A stretch of 64,000 nucleotides of DNA, taken from the NCBI GenBank assembly GCA_902577285.1, contig CACGYL010000003.1, positions 7,979 to 71,978 on the forward strand, given 5' to 3'. Positions 50,587 through 59,064 of the stretch are shown here, piece by piece. The notes beneath the pieces are model-generated. The model was not told the DNA's origin. It made no database searches and worked only from the letters and a program-made list of their open reading frames with translations. Position numbers and translations under genes: made by a program. This DNA is from an uncultured Pelagibacteraceae bacterium. GTDB lineage: Bacteria; Pseudomonadota; Alphaproteobacteria; Pelagibacterales; Pelagibacteraceae. The stretch's first letter is position 1. Each line of letters begins with the position of its first letter.

Positions 50587-50615
50587 ATGTCAGTTTTGTT
50601 AAGGATTTATGAAAT
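50587..50615 (-). promoter_or_regulatory. Pho box upstream of the arsenic operon
   Basis: Minus strand ATTTCAT-aaat-CCTTAAC-aaaa-CTGACAT, 11-bp period; last half-site matches CTGTCAT at 6/7. Confidence 0.7.
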
Positions 50616-50683
50616 TAAGTAATTTTTACTAATTTATTTAATGCATCTTCAAGATAATCTAATCTATCTTGACCCCAAAAAAT
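50615..50683 (-). pseudogene. 3' stub of a DsbA/2-hydroxychromene-2-carboxylate isomerase (GST-kappa-like) gene
   Basis: Directly after the zur TAG, the minus strand reads IFWGQDRLDYLEDALNKLVKIT*; FWGQDRL is the C-terminal signature of this family. Confidence 0.7.
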
Positions 50684-51082
50684 CTAATTTTTAATGCACT
50701 TCTTGCATAAACCAAAAAATTCTAAATTATATTTGCTATATTTCATGCCTTTATTATCTTTATAATGTTTCAAATGCTCAGATAATTTATGATCATGAAT
50801 CTCTTTTACATCTTCACAGTTTTCACAAATTGAAAAAACTGTTGCTTTGGTAATTTGACATTTTGAATTCTTGCAAGCTATAAAGGCATTCCTACTTTCT
50901 ATTTTATGTATTTTTCCAATCTCTACCAATTTGTCCAAAGCTCTATAGACTTGTAAAGGAGCATTAATTCCTTTTTTTTTAACATCAAATAAAATTGAAT
51001 ATGCTTTTAATGGTTGAGAAGATTTTTCAATTATATCTAAAACTATTTTTTGATTTTTTGTTAATACTTGTTGATTTTGCAT
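50684..51082 (-). CDS. zur: Zinc uptake regulator (Fur family)
   Basis: LKAYSIL, VYRALDKL, HKIES, CENC and CKKC; adjacent to znu genes. Confidence 0.9.
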   Translation of the reverse strand: MQNQQVLTKNQKIVLDIIEKSSQPLKAYSILFDVKKKGINAPLQVYRALDKLVEIGKIHKIESRNAFIACKNSKCQITKATVFSICENCEDVKEIHDHKLSEHLKHYKDNKGMKYSKYNLEFFGLCKKCIKN

Positions 51083-51105
51083 TTTCTATTTTTATCAATT
51101 GATCA

Positions 51106-51909
51106 TTAATTTTTCAATTGTATCGTTTGTTTAATTTTGAATAATGAAATAATAAATAAAATCAAAGCAGCTGCCACGATTGAGGGCCCTGATGGTGTAT
51201 TGAATTCTAACGAAGAAAATAATCCTAAAAATACTGACAACAACCCTCCAATTATTGAAAATATAACCATCTTCTGAGGGTTATCAGATATGTTTCTAGC
51301 CATTGCGGTTGGGATAATTAATAATCCTGTAATAAGTAATAATCCAACCATTTTGATAGAAATTGCAATAATTGCAGCTATTAATATTGTAAATATTGCT
51401 TTAGCCCTGTCAGGTTTTAGACCTTCCGCTTCAGCTAATTCGTAGTTTACTGTTGAAGCAAATAAAGGTTTCCAAATTAATTTTAAAACCAATAATATTA
51501 TAGCTCCACCAATCCAAATTATAAGCAAATCATCTGTTGTTACAGCTAATATATCTCCAAATAACAATCCCATGATATCAAATCTAATAAATGTTAAAAA
51601 GCCGATAACAACTAAACCAACGGCAAGTGATGAGTGAGCTAGTAGCCCTAGCAAAGCGTCACCAGGTAAATTAGTTTTTCTTTCAAGTTTTACTAAAATT
51701 AATGCAATAATTGATGAAGTAATAAAAATTGCAATAGCAATATTAAAATCTAGAGTGTATGCAATTGTTACACCTAGTAAAGCTGAGTGGGCGAGAGTAT
51801 CCCCAAAATATGATAATCTTCTCCAAACAACAAAACATCCAAGAGGACCTGTTACCAAAGCAATTCCAATTCCTGCAACTAAAGCTCTTATAAAAAAATC
51901 ATCAAACAT
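51106..51909 (-). CDS. znuB: Zinc ABC transporter permease
   Basis: GPLGCFVVWRRLSYFGDTLAHSALLG, LFGDILAV, TPSGPSIV. Confidence 0.95.
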   Translation of the reverse strand: MFDDFFIRALVAGIGIALVTGPLGCFVVWRRLSYFGDTLAHSALLGVTIAYTLDFNIAIAIFITSSIIALILVKLERKTNLPGDALLGLLAHSSLAVGLVVIGFLTFIRFDIMGLLFGDILAVTTDDLLIIWIGGAIILLVLKLIWKPLFASTVNYELAEAEGLKPDRAKAIFTILIAAIIAISIKMVGLLLITGLLIIPTAMARNISDNPQKMVIFSIIGGLLSVFLGLFSSLEFNTPSGPSIVAAALILFIISLFKIKQTIQLKN

Positions 51910-52656
51910 TTAATTTTTCTTTATCTTTCCATCAATTGAATGTTCATGGTCATGTTTGTGCTCATAAACAGATAGTGTTTGAGAAGCTTGTTCCCCAAAT
52001 AATGCTTTGTACTCATTATTTCGTGCTACGTCTTTTGGAGAACCTGAACAACATACGTGTCCATTTAAACAAACAACATGATCAGTAGCACTCATTACTG
52101 TGTGTAGATCATGAGAAATTAATAATATTCCACAATTAAGTTTTTCAGAAATTTTTTTAATTAATTCATAGAGAGCAATTTCACCTGTGAAATCAACTCC
52201 TTGAACAGGTTCATCAAGAACTAATAATTCTGGTTTTTTTGAAATAGCTCTTGCAAGCAAAACTCTTTGAAATTCACCCCCTGATAAATTTCCTAAATTT
52301 TTTTCTTTAAGATGTATAACACCGGTTAATGTCAAAGCCTCATCTATCAATTCATCTTTAATATTATCTGTCAAAACCATTAAATCTTTGACTCTTAAGG
52401 GGAGAGTCCAATCTATCGATATTTTTTGAGGGACATATCCTATATTGTTTGTTAATTTTTCAACATTTCCCTCTATGTTTTTGTATATACCTAAAGCAAT
52501 TTTAGCTGTTGTACTTTTCCCAGAACCATTGGGTCCAATTAAAGTTACTATTTTTCCTTTTTCAACCTCTAGCGAAACTCCTTTTACGAGCCACTTGTCA
52601 TTTTGTTGGATCCCAACATTATTTAACTTTACTAATATATTTTTTTTTAAACTCAT
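51910..52656 (-). CDS. znuC: Zinc ABC transporter ATP-binding protein
   Basis: GPNGSGKST, LSGGEFQR, CLNGHVCCSG, His-rich tail; start moved to ATG 52656. Confidence 0.95.
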   Translation of the reverse strand: MSLKKNILVKLNNVGIQQNDKWLVKGVSLEVEKGKIVTLIGPNGSGKSTTAKIALGIYKNIEGNVEKLTNNIGYVPQKISIDWTLPLRVKDLMVLTDNIKDELIDEALTLTGVIHLKEKNLGNLSGGEFQRVLLARAISKKPELLVLDEPVQGVDFTGEIALYELIKKISEKLNCGILLISHDLHTVMSATDHVVCLNGHVCCSGSPKDVARNNEYKALFGEQASQTLSVYEHKHDHEHSIDGKIKKN

Positions 52657-52675
52657 ATATCCACTTGACTTCAAG

Positions 52676-52709
52676 ATGTTATATTATTACATAGTGTTAT
52701 ATTATAACA
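52676..52709. promoter_or_regulatory. Tandem Zur boxes in the znuC/znuA divergent promoter
   Basis: ATGTTATATTATTACAT (52676) and perfect palindrome TGTTATA-T-TATAACA (52695-52709). Confidence 0.85.
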
Positions 52710-52728
52710 AAAATTAAAAAACAATATT

Positions 52729-53778
52729 ATGAAAAAAATAACAAAATCCACAATAATCTTATCATTCTTATCATTTTTAACTTTTTTTACATCAGCAAAT
52801 GCTGATATTAAAGTTGTAGCATCAATAAAACCTATTCACTCATTAGTTAGTTATTTAATGGATGGAGTAGCTAAGCCAGATCTCATAGTTGATGGTTATG
52901 CATCGCCACACGGTTTTGCTTTAAAGCCCTCACATGCAAAAATGTTACAAAATGCAGATATTGTTTTTTGGGTAGGTGAGGATATAGAAAATTTTCTAGA
53001 AAAGCCTTTAGATTCAATTGCTAAAAAAGCAGAAAAAATCGAGTTATTAGAAATTAAAGGATTAAACAAATTAAAATTCAGAGAGAGAAATATTTTTGAC
53101 GACCATGATGATCATGGACACGACGATCATGGCCACAAGAAAAAAGATGATCATGATGACCACGATGATCATGCTAAAAAAGAAGATGGTCATAAAGAAG
53201 ATGACCATGATGACCACGACCACAAGAAAAAAGACGATCACGACGATCATGACGATCACGAAGGACATCACCATGGTGAACATGATCCACACATTTGGTT
53301 AGATCCTATTAATGCTAAAGTAATCTTAAATGAAATGGTTGAGCATTTAATTGAAAATGATGCAAAAAATGCTTCAACTTATAAAAGTAATTTAGAAAAA
53401 GCTCTTAAAGATATCGACAAACTTACTATTGAGGTTATGACTGATTTAAATCAAAGTACATCTTCGATAGTTTTCCATGACGCTTATCAATACTTCGAAA
53501 AAAGATTTAATGTTAACGTTCTAGGTGCTTTTACAGTTAACACTGATGTAATGCCAGGTGCAGAACAATTAGCAGAAATTAGAGAAGTGATAGAACATGA
53601 TAAAGTTGCATGTATATTTTCAGAACCACAATTTAATCCTGATATAATTAATGCTGTTGCTAAAGATATGGATATTAAAACTGGTGTTTTAGATCCATTA
53701 GGTGCAACACTTACCCCTGGAAAAGCATTATATTTTGACTTGATTAAGAATATGTCAAAATCTTTCAAAGGTTGTTAA
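52729..53778 (+). CDS. znuA: Zinc ABC transporter substrate-binding protein
   Basis: VVASIKPIH, ASPH, His/Asp-rich loop, DPHIWL, VFHDAYQYFE, LDPLG. Confidence 0.96.
   Translation: MKKITKSTIILSFLSFLTFFTSANADIKVVASIKPIHSLVSYLMDGVAKPDLIVDGYASPHGFALKPSHAKMLQNADIVFWVGEDIENFLEKPLDSIAKKAEKIELLEIKGLNKLKFRERNIFDDHDDHGHDDHGHKKKDDHDDHDDHAKKEDGHKEDDHDDHDHKKKDDHDDHDDHEGHHHGEHDPHIWLDPINAKVILNEMVEHLIENDAKNASTYKSNLEKALKDIDKLTIEVMTDLNQSTSSIVFHDAYQYFEKRFNVNVLGAFTVNTDVMPGAEQLAEIREVIEHDKVACIFSEPQFNPDIINAVAKDMDIKTGVLDPLGATLTPGKALYFDLIKNMSKSFKGC
53098..53284 (+). repeat. His/Asp low-complexity repeat encoding the ZnuA loop
   Basis: GAY-GAY-CAY units; CCACAAGAAAAAAGA repeated at 53133 and 53220 (HKKKDDHDDHDDH twice). 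Confidence 0.85.
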
Positions 53779-53779
53779 T

Positions 53780-53800
53780 TTAGAATTGAACTTCTGCCAT
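53780..53800 (-). pseudogene. Possible 5' stub (MAEVQF) of the gene disrupted by the znu cassette
   Basis: Minus strand ATG GCA GAA GTT CAA TTC TAA, same strand as the 3' stub at 50615-50683; too short to prove. Confidence 0.35.
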
Positions 53801-53821
53801 AAATAAGATCTAATAATATTT

Positions 53822-54820
53822 ATGGCAACGGTTTCTTTAAGTCTTGAAGATATTTATAATTTAGCAAATAAAACTTTATTAGCTAATGGATGTGATGAAG
53901 AAACATCAAATATTTTATCTGATTTGATAATGAAAGCAGAGAGAGATGGTTCTCTTTCTCATGGCTTATTCAGATTACCCGCTTATGTTGCTGGATTAAA
54001 AAGTGGAAAAATAAATGGTAAGAATAGACCTAAAGTTTCTAAAATTACACCAAGCGTTGTTAAAGTTGATGGTAACAATTGTTTGGCACCAATGGTTTTA
54101 AATAAAAGTTTGCCGGAGTTAATTAAAGCTGCACAAGAAAATGGAGTAGCGGTTTTATCTATAACAAATTCACATCACATGGCAGCGATGTGGCCTGAAA
54201 CAGAGGCAATTGCAGAAGAAGGCCTAGTTGCTTTTGCATGCACATCTTATAAACCAGCTGTTGCACCTGCGGGATCTATCAAACCTTTATTTGGAACAAA
54301 TCCTATTTCATTTGCTTGGCCTAGAAAAAATAAACCTCCAGTAGTTTATGATATGGCAACCGCATCTATGGCAATGGGTGAGGTTCAAGTTGCAAAAAGG
54401 GAAGGTCACAAAGTTCCATTAGGCACAGGATTAACAAAAGAAGGAAAGGACACAACAGATCCAGCTGAAATAGCAGATGGGGGTGTTTTATTGCCTTTTG
54501 GCGGCTATAAAGGCTCAGGGATTGCGATGATGGTTGAATTGCTTGCTGGTGCCCTTGTTGGAGATAATTTTAGTTATGAGACGGCTGAGAAGGATAATAA
54601 TGATGGCGGTCCACCAAGTGGTGGAGAGTTCATTTTAGCAATATCTCCAGAAAAATTATCAAATTCAGATTGGGACACACATTCTTCAAAGTTTTTTGAA
54701 AAAATGAAATCAATGGGGGATGTTAGACTTCCTGGTGAAAGAAGACATAAAAATAGATTAGATAAAGGACCAAGACATATAAATGAAGACTTGGTTAATA
54801 AAATTAAATCTTTAAGTTAA
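53822..54820 (+). CDS. Ldh_2 family NAD(P)-dependent oxidoreductase (DpkA/ComC-like)
   Basis: AERDGSLSHGLFR, SHHMAAMWPE, GTNPISFAWP, YDMAT, LPFGGYKG, RLPG; substrate not determinable. Confidence 0.85.
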   Translation: MATVSLSLEDIYNLANKTLLANGCDEETSNILSDLIMKAERDGSLSHGLFRLPAYVAGLKSGKINGKNRPKVSKITPSVVKVDGNNCLAPMVLNKSLPELIKAAQENGVAVLSITNSHHMAAMWPETEAIAEEGLVAFACTSYKPAVAPAGSIKPLFGTNPISFAWPRKNKPPVVYDMATASMAMGEVQVAKREGHKVPLGTGLTKEGKDTTDPAEIADGGVLLPFGGYKGSGIAMMVELLAGALVGDNFSYETAEKDNNDGGPPSGGEFILAISPEKLSNSDWDTHSSKFFEKMKSMGDVRLPGERRHKNRLDKGPRHINEDLVNKIKSLS

Positions 54821-55588
54821 TTCTAATTCAATAGGGGTGTGATCTGAGGGTTTCTCTCTACCTCTTGGATATTTATTAATTTTAATATCCTTAATATTTT
54901 TTAATAATGAATTGGTTACTAAGAAGTGATCAATCCTCATACCATTATTTTTTTGCCAAGCTCCACTTGTGTAATCCCAAAAAGTATACTCTTCTTTATC
55001 AGGATAGATATATCGAAATGCATCATGAAATCCTAAATTATACATTTCTCTTAATTTCTTTCTAATTTCTATTCTATACAATGCATCGTTTTCATACCCT
55101 TTAGGATCATGAACATCTTCAGCAGAAGGAATAATATTAAAATCACCTGCAATGATTATATTTTCATTTGTTTTTAAAAGAGATTTCAATTTTTTTATTA
55201 AACTATCTAACCAATATAATTTATAATCATATTTCTCAGTATCTACTGGATTTCCATTTGGAGTATAGATATTTATTAGTTTAATTACTTTTGATTTATA
55301 TTTTATATCGGCTGTAATTATTCTTGATTGTTTATTTTTATCTTTAAAGATATCTTTTTGAATATTATCTAATTTTTTTTTTGAAAGTATTGCAACACCG
55401 TTATAACTTTTTTGCCCAAATACGTAACTTTCATATTTAATTTTTTTAACGTCATCATAAGGATAAGTTTCATCTTGAGTTTTAATTTCCTGGACTAATA
55501 CCACGTCAGGATCAAATTTTTTTAGGTATTCTTGAACGTTTAATATTCTTGCCCTAATAGAATTTACATTCCAAGAGCTAATAATCAT
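54812..55588 (-). CDS. xth: Exodeoxyribonuclease III
   Basis: SWNVNS, QEIK, YNGVA, GDFN, RIDH, PSDH; start moved to ATG 55588. Confidence 0.95.
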   Translation of the reverse strand: MIISSWNVNSIRARILNVQEYLKKFDPDVVLVQEIKTQDETYPYDDVKKIKYESYVFGQKSYNGVAILSKKKLDNIQKDIFKDKNKQSRIITADIKYKSKVIKLINIYTPNGNPVDTEKYDYKLYWLDSLIKKLKSLLKTNENIIIAGDFNIIPSAEDVHDPKGYENDALYRIEIRKKLREMYNLGFHDAFRYIYPDKEEYTFWDYTSGAWQKNNGMRIDHFLVTNSLLKNIKDIKINKYPRGREKPSDHTPIELELT

Positions 55589-55905
55589 TAAAGAGAGAAT
55601 GAAACACCACAACCACAAGACGACTTACTTTGTGGGTTACTAATTTTGAATTGGTCTCCAATTAATTCTTTTACAAAATCTATTTCTGATCCTTTCAATA
55701 GATCTGCTGAAGTTTTATCGATTAAAATCTTTTCGTGTCTTAAGTCATCATCTTGAGGACTTTTATCAAATGAAAAATCATACTGAAATCCAGAGCAACC
55801 ACCACCTTTGATAGCGATTCTAAAAAAAGAACCTTCCTCTTTAGATGCGAGTAGGTTATTTATTTGTTTTAACGCATTATCTGTAAATTTAATTTCTTTA
55901 ATCAT
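55588..55905 (-). CDS. erpA: Fe-S cluster insertion protein ErpA/IscA
   Basis: GGGCSGFQY, NPQSKSSCGCGVSF. Confidence 0.9.
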   Translation of the reverse strand: MIKEIKFTDNALKQINNLLASKEEGSFFRIAIKGGGCSGFQYDFSFDKSPQDDDLRHEKILIDKTSADLLKGSEIDFVKELIGDQFKISNPQSKSSCGCGVSFSL

Positions 55906-55955
55906 TATTTATCACTGTTATTACTAATATAATTAATATTTGCCAATTTTAAAGA

Positions 55956-57074
55956 ATGAATAATTACTCAAAATTAGGTTCTTTTAGATCTCGTGGACGC
56001 TTGATAAAAGAGCCAAATAATAGGTTTAGAACTCCATTTCAAAGAGATAGAGATAGAATTATTCACTCAGCTTCATTTAGAAGGTTAAAACACAAGACAC
56101 AGGTATTTGTGAACACAGATGGAGATCATTATAGAACAAGAATAACCCACTCAATGGAGGTTGCTCAGATTGCTAGATCAATATCAAGATATCTCAATTT
56201 AAATGATGATTTGGTAGAAACACTTAGTTTAGCCCATGATATGGGGCACACTCCTTTTGGACACGCTGGTGAGGACGCTTTAAACGAGTCAATGATTAAT
56301 CATGGTGGCTTTGATCATAACCTTCAAACTTTAAGAATTGTAATGTTTATTGAAAATAAATACTTAAAATTTAAAGGTCTAAATTTGACTATAGAAACTT
56401 TAGATGGTCTTTTAAAACATAATGGACCTATCAATAATACTGATCACCTAGATACAATAATTGGACTTAAAAATTTTAAAAATAAAATGGATTTTAAAAA
56501 GAATTCATCTTTAGAAGCTCAAATTGCAGCTATATCTGATGACATAGCCTATAATAATCATGATATTCAAGATGGAATTAAAGCAAAACTATTTTCATTA
56601 AATCAATTATGTGAAATTAATTTTTTTAAAGAAATTTATAAATCTTATAAGACAAAAGTTAAAAATTCTAACAGAGATATTATTGTTTACCAAATAATAA
56701 GAGACTCAATTAATTTGATGGTTCAAGATGTTATTAAAAATACTTTAAAAAATATAAAAAAATACAAAATTAATAATATTAATCATGTCTATTTAAATAA
56801 TAAAAAAATTGTCAATTTTTCAGCTAAATTTGCATCTATTGAAAAAGAAATTAAAAATTTTTTAAGAATTAATATGTATAATAATAAAAATGTACAAATA
56901 AAAAATAATAATGGTAAAAAAATAGTTAAACATTTATTTAAATTGATAGAAAGAAATCCAAAAAAATTTATAAAAAATAAATATATAAATAATGATAAAT
57001 ATAGATCTATTTCAGACTACATTTCAGGGATGACTGATAGATATGCAATACAATTATACAAAATGTCAAAATGA
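55956..57074 (+). CDS. dgt: dGTP triphosphohydrolase
   Basis: FQRDRDRIIHS, KTQVF, AHDMGHTPFGHAGE, GMTD. Confidence 0.94.
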   Translation: MNNYSKLGSFRSRGRLIKEPNNRFRTPFQRDRDRIIHSASFRRLKHKTQVFVNTDGDHYRTRITHSMEVAQIARSISRYLNLNDDLVETLSLAHDMGHTPFGHAGEDALNESMINHGGFDHNLQTLRIVMFIENKYLKFKGLNLTIETLDGLLKHNGPINNTDHLDTIIGLKNFKNKMDFKKNSSLEAQIAAISDDIAYNNHDIQDGIKAKLFSLNQLCEINFFKEIYKSYKTKVKNSNRDIIVYQIIRDSINLMVQDVIKNTLKNIKKYKINNINHVYLNNKKIVNFSAKFASIEKEIKNFLRINMYNNKNVQIKNNNGKKIVKHLFKLIERNPKKFIKNKYINNDKYRSISDYISGMTDRYAIQLYKMSK

Positions 57075-58801
57075 ATATTTTTGAAGATTATTTAATAAAA
57101 ATTGAAAATACTATTAAGAAAGCAAATCAAGATAATTTGTTGGAATTGCCAGAAAATTTATCTGGTATAAATGTGGATATTCCTCCTGCTAAATTTAATG
57201 GTGACGTATCTACTAATGTTGCGATGGTTTTATCAAAAATTAATAAAAAATCTCCAATTGAACTTGCAGAAATTATTTCAGGATTATTAAAAAAAAATGA
57301 CAAAAATATTGATCATGTTAGTATTGAAAAACCAGGTTTTATTAATTTAAAATTTAAGAAAGAATTTTGGAGTGCTTTTATATTAGATGTGCTCAATAAA
57401 CCTTCTTATGGAAGTAATTTAAACGGTAAAAAAAATAGCTTTTTAGTTGAGTTTGTTTCAGCAAACCCAACAGGACCACTTCATGTTGGACATTCAAGAG
57501 GTGCAATACTCGGTGACGTTATTTCAAATCTATTATCATTTAATGGTCACAAAGTTACCAAAGAATACTATGTAAATGACTATGGAAACCAAATTTCTCA
57601 TTTTACTAAATCAGTTTATTTTAGAATAAAGGAAATTACTAATAACGAAACATTTCCAATAGAAGACAAAGATTTATATCCAGGTGCATATCTTATCGAT
57701 ATAGCAAAAAAAATAATTTCAAAAAATAAAGATATGGATTTTAATGACTACGACAAAATATCTGAAAAATTAAAGAAACTTTCGATTGAAGAGTCTTTAA
57801 AATTAATAAAAACAAATTTAGAAAACCTTGGAATAAAACATGATAATTTTGCTAGTGAAACAGAGGTTATAAATAATAAAGAAGTTGACGAAGTAATAAA
57901 AAATTTAAAAGAAAAGAAATTTATTTATGAGGGAAAAATTAAAGCACCTGAAGGTGAAAATAACGAAAATTGGGTAGAAAGAGAGCAATTACTATTTAAA
58001 TCTACTGAATTTGGAGATGATAAAGACAGAGCCTTACAAAAAGAAGATAAGTCTTGGACATATTTTGCAAGTGATGTTGCATATCATAATACGAAACTGA
58101 AAAGAAATTTTGATGTGCTTGTTAATATATTGGGAGCAGATCACGCCGGTTATATTAAAAGAATTACTTCTGTCGTCGAAGCTCTTTCAGGAAAAAAAAA
58201 TAAGTTAATTTGTAAAGTTAGCCAGTTAGTTAAATTAATAAAAGATAAGAAACCTTTTAAAATGTCTAAGAGAAAAGGTGATTATATAACAATTGAGGAT
58301 TTAATTAATGAAGTTGGGAAAGATGCAACAAGATTTATCATGTTAAGCAGAAGTAGTGATGCTGAAATTGATTTTGATTTTGATAAAGTAAAAGAAAAAT
58401 CAAAAGAAAATCCTATTTATTATGTTCAATATGCATATGCTAGAATTTCATCTGTATTCAGAAATACTCAACATGAAATTAAAAGCGATATTAAAATAAC
58501 TAATACTGAATATAAATTTGGCGACCAAGAAATCAAATTATTCAAGAAGATAAGTGAATGGCCAAAATGTGTTGAAGTATCTACAGAAAAATTAGAGCCA
58601 CATAGAATATCTGTTTACTTATATGAATTAGCTTCAGAGTTTCATTCTTATTGGAATATGGGTAAAGATGACATTTCAAAGAGATTTATTGAAGAGGATA
58701 ACTCTATAAAAGAAGAAAAGTTAGTCTTCTTAAAGTCTATAGCCAACACTATTAAATCAGGAATGGATATTTTAGGCGTTGATACACCTGAAAAAATGTA
58801 A
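57071..58801 (+). CDS. argS: Arginine--tRNA ligase
   Basis: VEFVSANPTGPLHVGH, GADH, MSKRKG, YYVQYAYARI. Confidence 0.97.
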   Translation: MNIFEDYLIKIENTIKKANQDNLLELPENLSGINVDIPPAKFNGDVSTNVAMVLSKINKKSPIELAEIISGLLKKNDKNIDHVSIEKPGFINLKFKKEFWSAFILDVLNKPSYGSNLNGKKNSFLVEFVSANPTGPLHVGHSRGAILGDVISNLLSFNGHKVTKEYYVNDYGNQISHFTKSVYFRIKEITNNETFPIEDKDLYPGAYLIDIAKKIISKNKDMDFNDYDKISEKLKKLSIEESLKLIKTNLENLGIKHDNFASETEVINNKEVDEVIKNLKEKKFIYEGKIKAPEGENNENWVEREQLLFKSTEFGDDKDRALQKEDKSWTYFASDVAYHNTKLKRNFDVLVNILGADHAGYIKRITSVVEALSGKKNKLICKVSQLVKLIKDKKPFKMSKRKGDYITIEDLINEVGKDATRFIMLSRSSDAEIDFDFDKVKEKSKENPIYYVQYAYARISSVFRNTQHEIKSDIKITNTEYKFGDQEIKLFKKISEWPKCVEVSTEKLEPHRISVYLYELASEFHSYWNMGKDDISKRFIEEDNSIKEEKLVFLKSIANTIKSGMDILGVDTPEKM

Positions 58802-59064
58802 TGATAAAAGAATTAAAATATCTTTTTTATTTAATAATTATTTTCTTCTTCATTTTTTTTACAGCTAGATATTATTTTTCAGATGAAAATATTAAAAAAT
58901 CTTACAGGTCTATCTCATTGATTGATGACAAAATAAATCTTATTGAAAAAGATCTGATATTTTTAGAGAGTGATACTGAAAACATCATTGAATACGTTGA
59001 ATTTAAAAAGGACAAAAAAACAAATAAATACTCATTTTGGAAACTTCTTTATAATGATAATTAA
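58801..59064 (+). CDS. Small bitopic membrane protein, hypothetical
   Basis: 87 aa with a single N-terminal TM; overlaps the argS stop and nagZ start. Confidence 0.7.
   Translation: MIKELKYLFYLIIIFFFIFFTARYYFSDENIKKSYRSISLIDDKINLIEKDLIFLESDTENIIEYVEFKKDKKTNKYSFWKLLYNDN

Noticed and set aside
50649-50672. Inverted repeat TCAAGATA-N8-TATCTTGA as a possible ArsR operator or terminator
   Set aside because: It lies within the isomerase gene stub (codons for QDRLDYLE), there is no arsR nearby and no U-tract; coding origin explains it, though co-option is not excluded.
53098-53284. Short repeats resembling a CRISPR or VNTR array
   Set aside because: In-frame coding repeat with no unique spacers, no constant repeat length and no cas genes.
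53071-53302. Met/Thr/Ile-rich alternative-frame ORFs within znuA
   Set aside because: By-products of the GAY/CAY repeat encoding the His/Asp loop; no RBS or independent support.
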